The translations under genes and the position numbers were made by a program. Positions 62,172 through 64,000 of a stretch of DNA of 64,000 nt are shown here, one piece after another; position 1 is the first letter of the stretch; every line of letters begins with the position of its first letter. This DNA is from Mobula hypostoma (lineage: Eukaryota). The stretch lies in NCBI RefSeq assembly GCF_963921235.1, contig NC_086097.1:55988001-56052000 (forward strand), in the 5' to 3' direction. A model generated the notes under the pieces. The model did no database searches. It was given only the letters and a program-made list of their open reading frames with translations, and was not told the origin of the DNA.

Positions 62172-64000
62172 ATGAAGAACAAAACGAGTAGAGATAAAAG
62201 CACACCAACCCACAGAATGGCCCACAGTGTCCTGCGTAGCTTTGCCTTGGTACGAGAGGGAAAGCAACCAGAAGTCATGATACATGTTGGGACCAACAAC
62301 ATAGGCAAGAAGAAAGATGAGGTCCTGAAGTGTGAGTTTCGGGAACTAGGCAGAAGGCTGAAGAACAGGACCTCAAGGGTGACGTTCTCAGGATTGCTGC
62401 CAGTGCTACGTGACAGTGATGGTAAGAATTGGAGGAGATGGCAGTTGAATGCGTGGCTGAGGAGTTTGTGCATGGAGCAGGGTTTTAGATTTTTAGATCA
62501 TTGGGATCTCTTCTGGGGAAGGTGGGACCTTTACAGATTGGATGGGTTGCACCTAAACTCGAGGGGGAGCAATATCCTTGCAGGTAGGTTTGCTAGCATG
62601 GTTCGGGAGGGTTTAAACTAATTTGCAAGGGGGATGGGACCCGGAGCAACAGAGCAGTGAAAGAAGTGCATAGAGTAAAGCCAGATCTAACATATAGGGA
62701 GGCTTTGAGGAAAGAGAAGCAGAATAAAACGTGTAAAGGTAGTAAGGTAGAAGGGCTGAAGTGTGTGTACCTCAATGCAAGAAGCATCAGGGACAAAGGT
62801 GATGAACTGAGAACACACATGGAATTATGATGTAGTGGCCATTACAGAGACTTGGCTGGCACCAGGGCAGGAATGGATTCTCAACATTCCTGGATTTCAG
62901 TGCTTTAAAAGGGATGGGGGGGGGCGGAAGGGGAGGAGGGGTGGCATTACTGGTCAGGGGTACTATTACAGCTACAGAAAGGATGGGTAATGTAGCAGGA
63001 TCCTCTTTTGAGTCAGTATGGGTGGAAGTCAGGAACAGGAAGGGAGCAGTTACTCTATTGGGGGTATTCTATAGGCCCCCTGGTAGCAGCAGAGATACAG
63101 AGGATTAGATTGGGAGGCAGATTTTGGAAAGGTGCAGAAATAACAGGGTTGTTATCATGGGTGACTTTAACTTCCCTAATATTGATTGGCACCTGATTAG
63201 TTCCAAGGGTTTAGATGGAGCAGAGTTTGTTAGTGTGTCCAGGACGGATTCCTGTCACAGTATGTGGACAGTCCGACTAGGGGGAATGCCATACTAGATC
63301 TAGTACTAGGTAATGAACCGGGTCAGGTCACAGACCTCTCAGTGGGTGAGCATCTGGGGGACAGTGACCACCGCTCCCTGGACTTTAGCATTACCATGGA
63401 AAAGGATAGAATCAGAGAGGACAGGAAAATTTTTAATTGGGGAAGGGCAAATTATGAGGCTATAAGGCTAGAACTTGTGGGTGTGAATTGGGATGATGTT
63501 TTTGCAGGGAAATGTACTATGGACATGTGGTCGATGTTTAGAGATCTCTTGCAGGATGTTAAGGATAAATTTTTCCCGGTGAGGAAGATAAAGAATGGTA
63601 GGGTGAAGGAATCATGGGTGACAAGTGAGGTGGAAAATCTAATCAGGTGGAAGAAGGCAGCATACATGAGGTTTAGGAAGCAAGGATCAGATGGGTCTAT
63701 TGAGGAATATAGGGAAGCAAGAAAGGAGCTTAAGAAGGGGCTGAGAAGAACAAGAACGGGGCATGAGAAGGCCTTGGTGAGTAGGATAAAGGAAAACCCC
63801 AAGGCATTCTTCAGTTATGTGAAGGAAAAAAGGATGACAGGAGTGAAGGTAGGACCGATTAGAGATAAAGGTGGGAAGATGTGCCTGGAGGCTGTGGAAG
63901 TGAGCGAGGTCCACAATGAATACTTCTCTTCGGTATTCACCAATGAGAGGGAACTTGATGATGGTGAGGACAATATGAGTGAGGTTAATGTTCTGGAGCA
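62172..64000 (+). mobile_element. CR1 LINE (ORF1 esterase end, ORF2 endonuclease and linker) running off the right edge
   Basis: ORF 62172-62621 (IHVGTNN, DGLHLN); YLNARSI, AITETW, YRPP, MGDFNFP, LDLVL, SDH motifs with frameshifts. Confidence 0.95.

Overview
Eukaryotic, repeat-dense window with no recognisable host protein-coding exon. The repeat set (CR1 LINEs with an SGNH-esterase ORF1, Rex1/Babar LINEs, V-domain SINEs with CR1-type tails, Penelope-like elements) points to a cartilaginous fish, probably a ray; this is an inference. The ORFs I can identify are all decayed transposon fragments: CR1, Rex1, RTE, a Neptune-like PLE (RT + GIY-YIG), a hAT zinc-finger stub and a Helitron PIF1 helicase, often nested several layers deep. 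The most interesting signal is a PLE family whose terminal repeat carries a 36-nt minimal hammerhead ribozyme. It occurs as a 2-kb coding copy and as short fold-back insertions (192 bp and about 750 bp) with 13-14-bp target-site duplications (TSDs). Other notable items are a CR1 condensed into four collinear pieces, a hAT reading frame restored by removing a LINE, an old ~430-bp duplication of apparently unique DNA, a 24-bp minisatellite with 3-unit periodicity, and weak candidate exons. All alignments were by eye, so boundaries of old elements are approximate.
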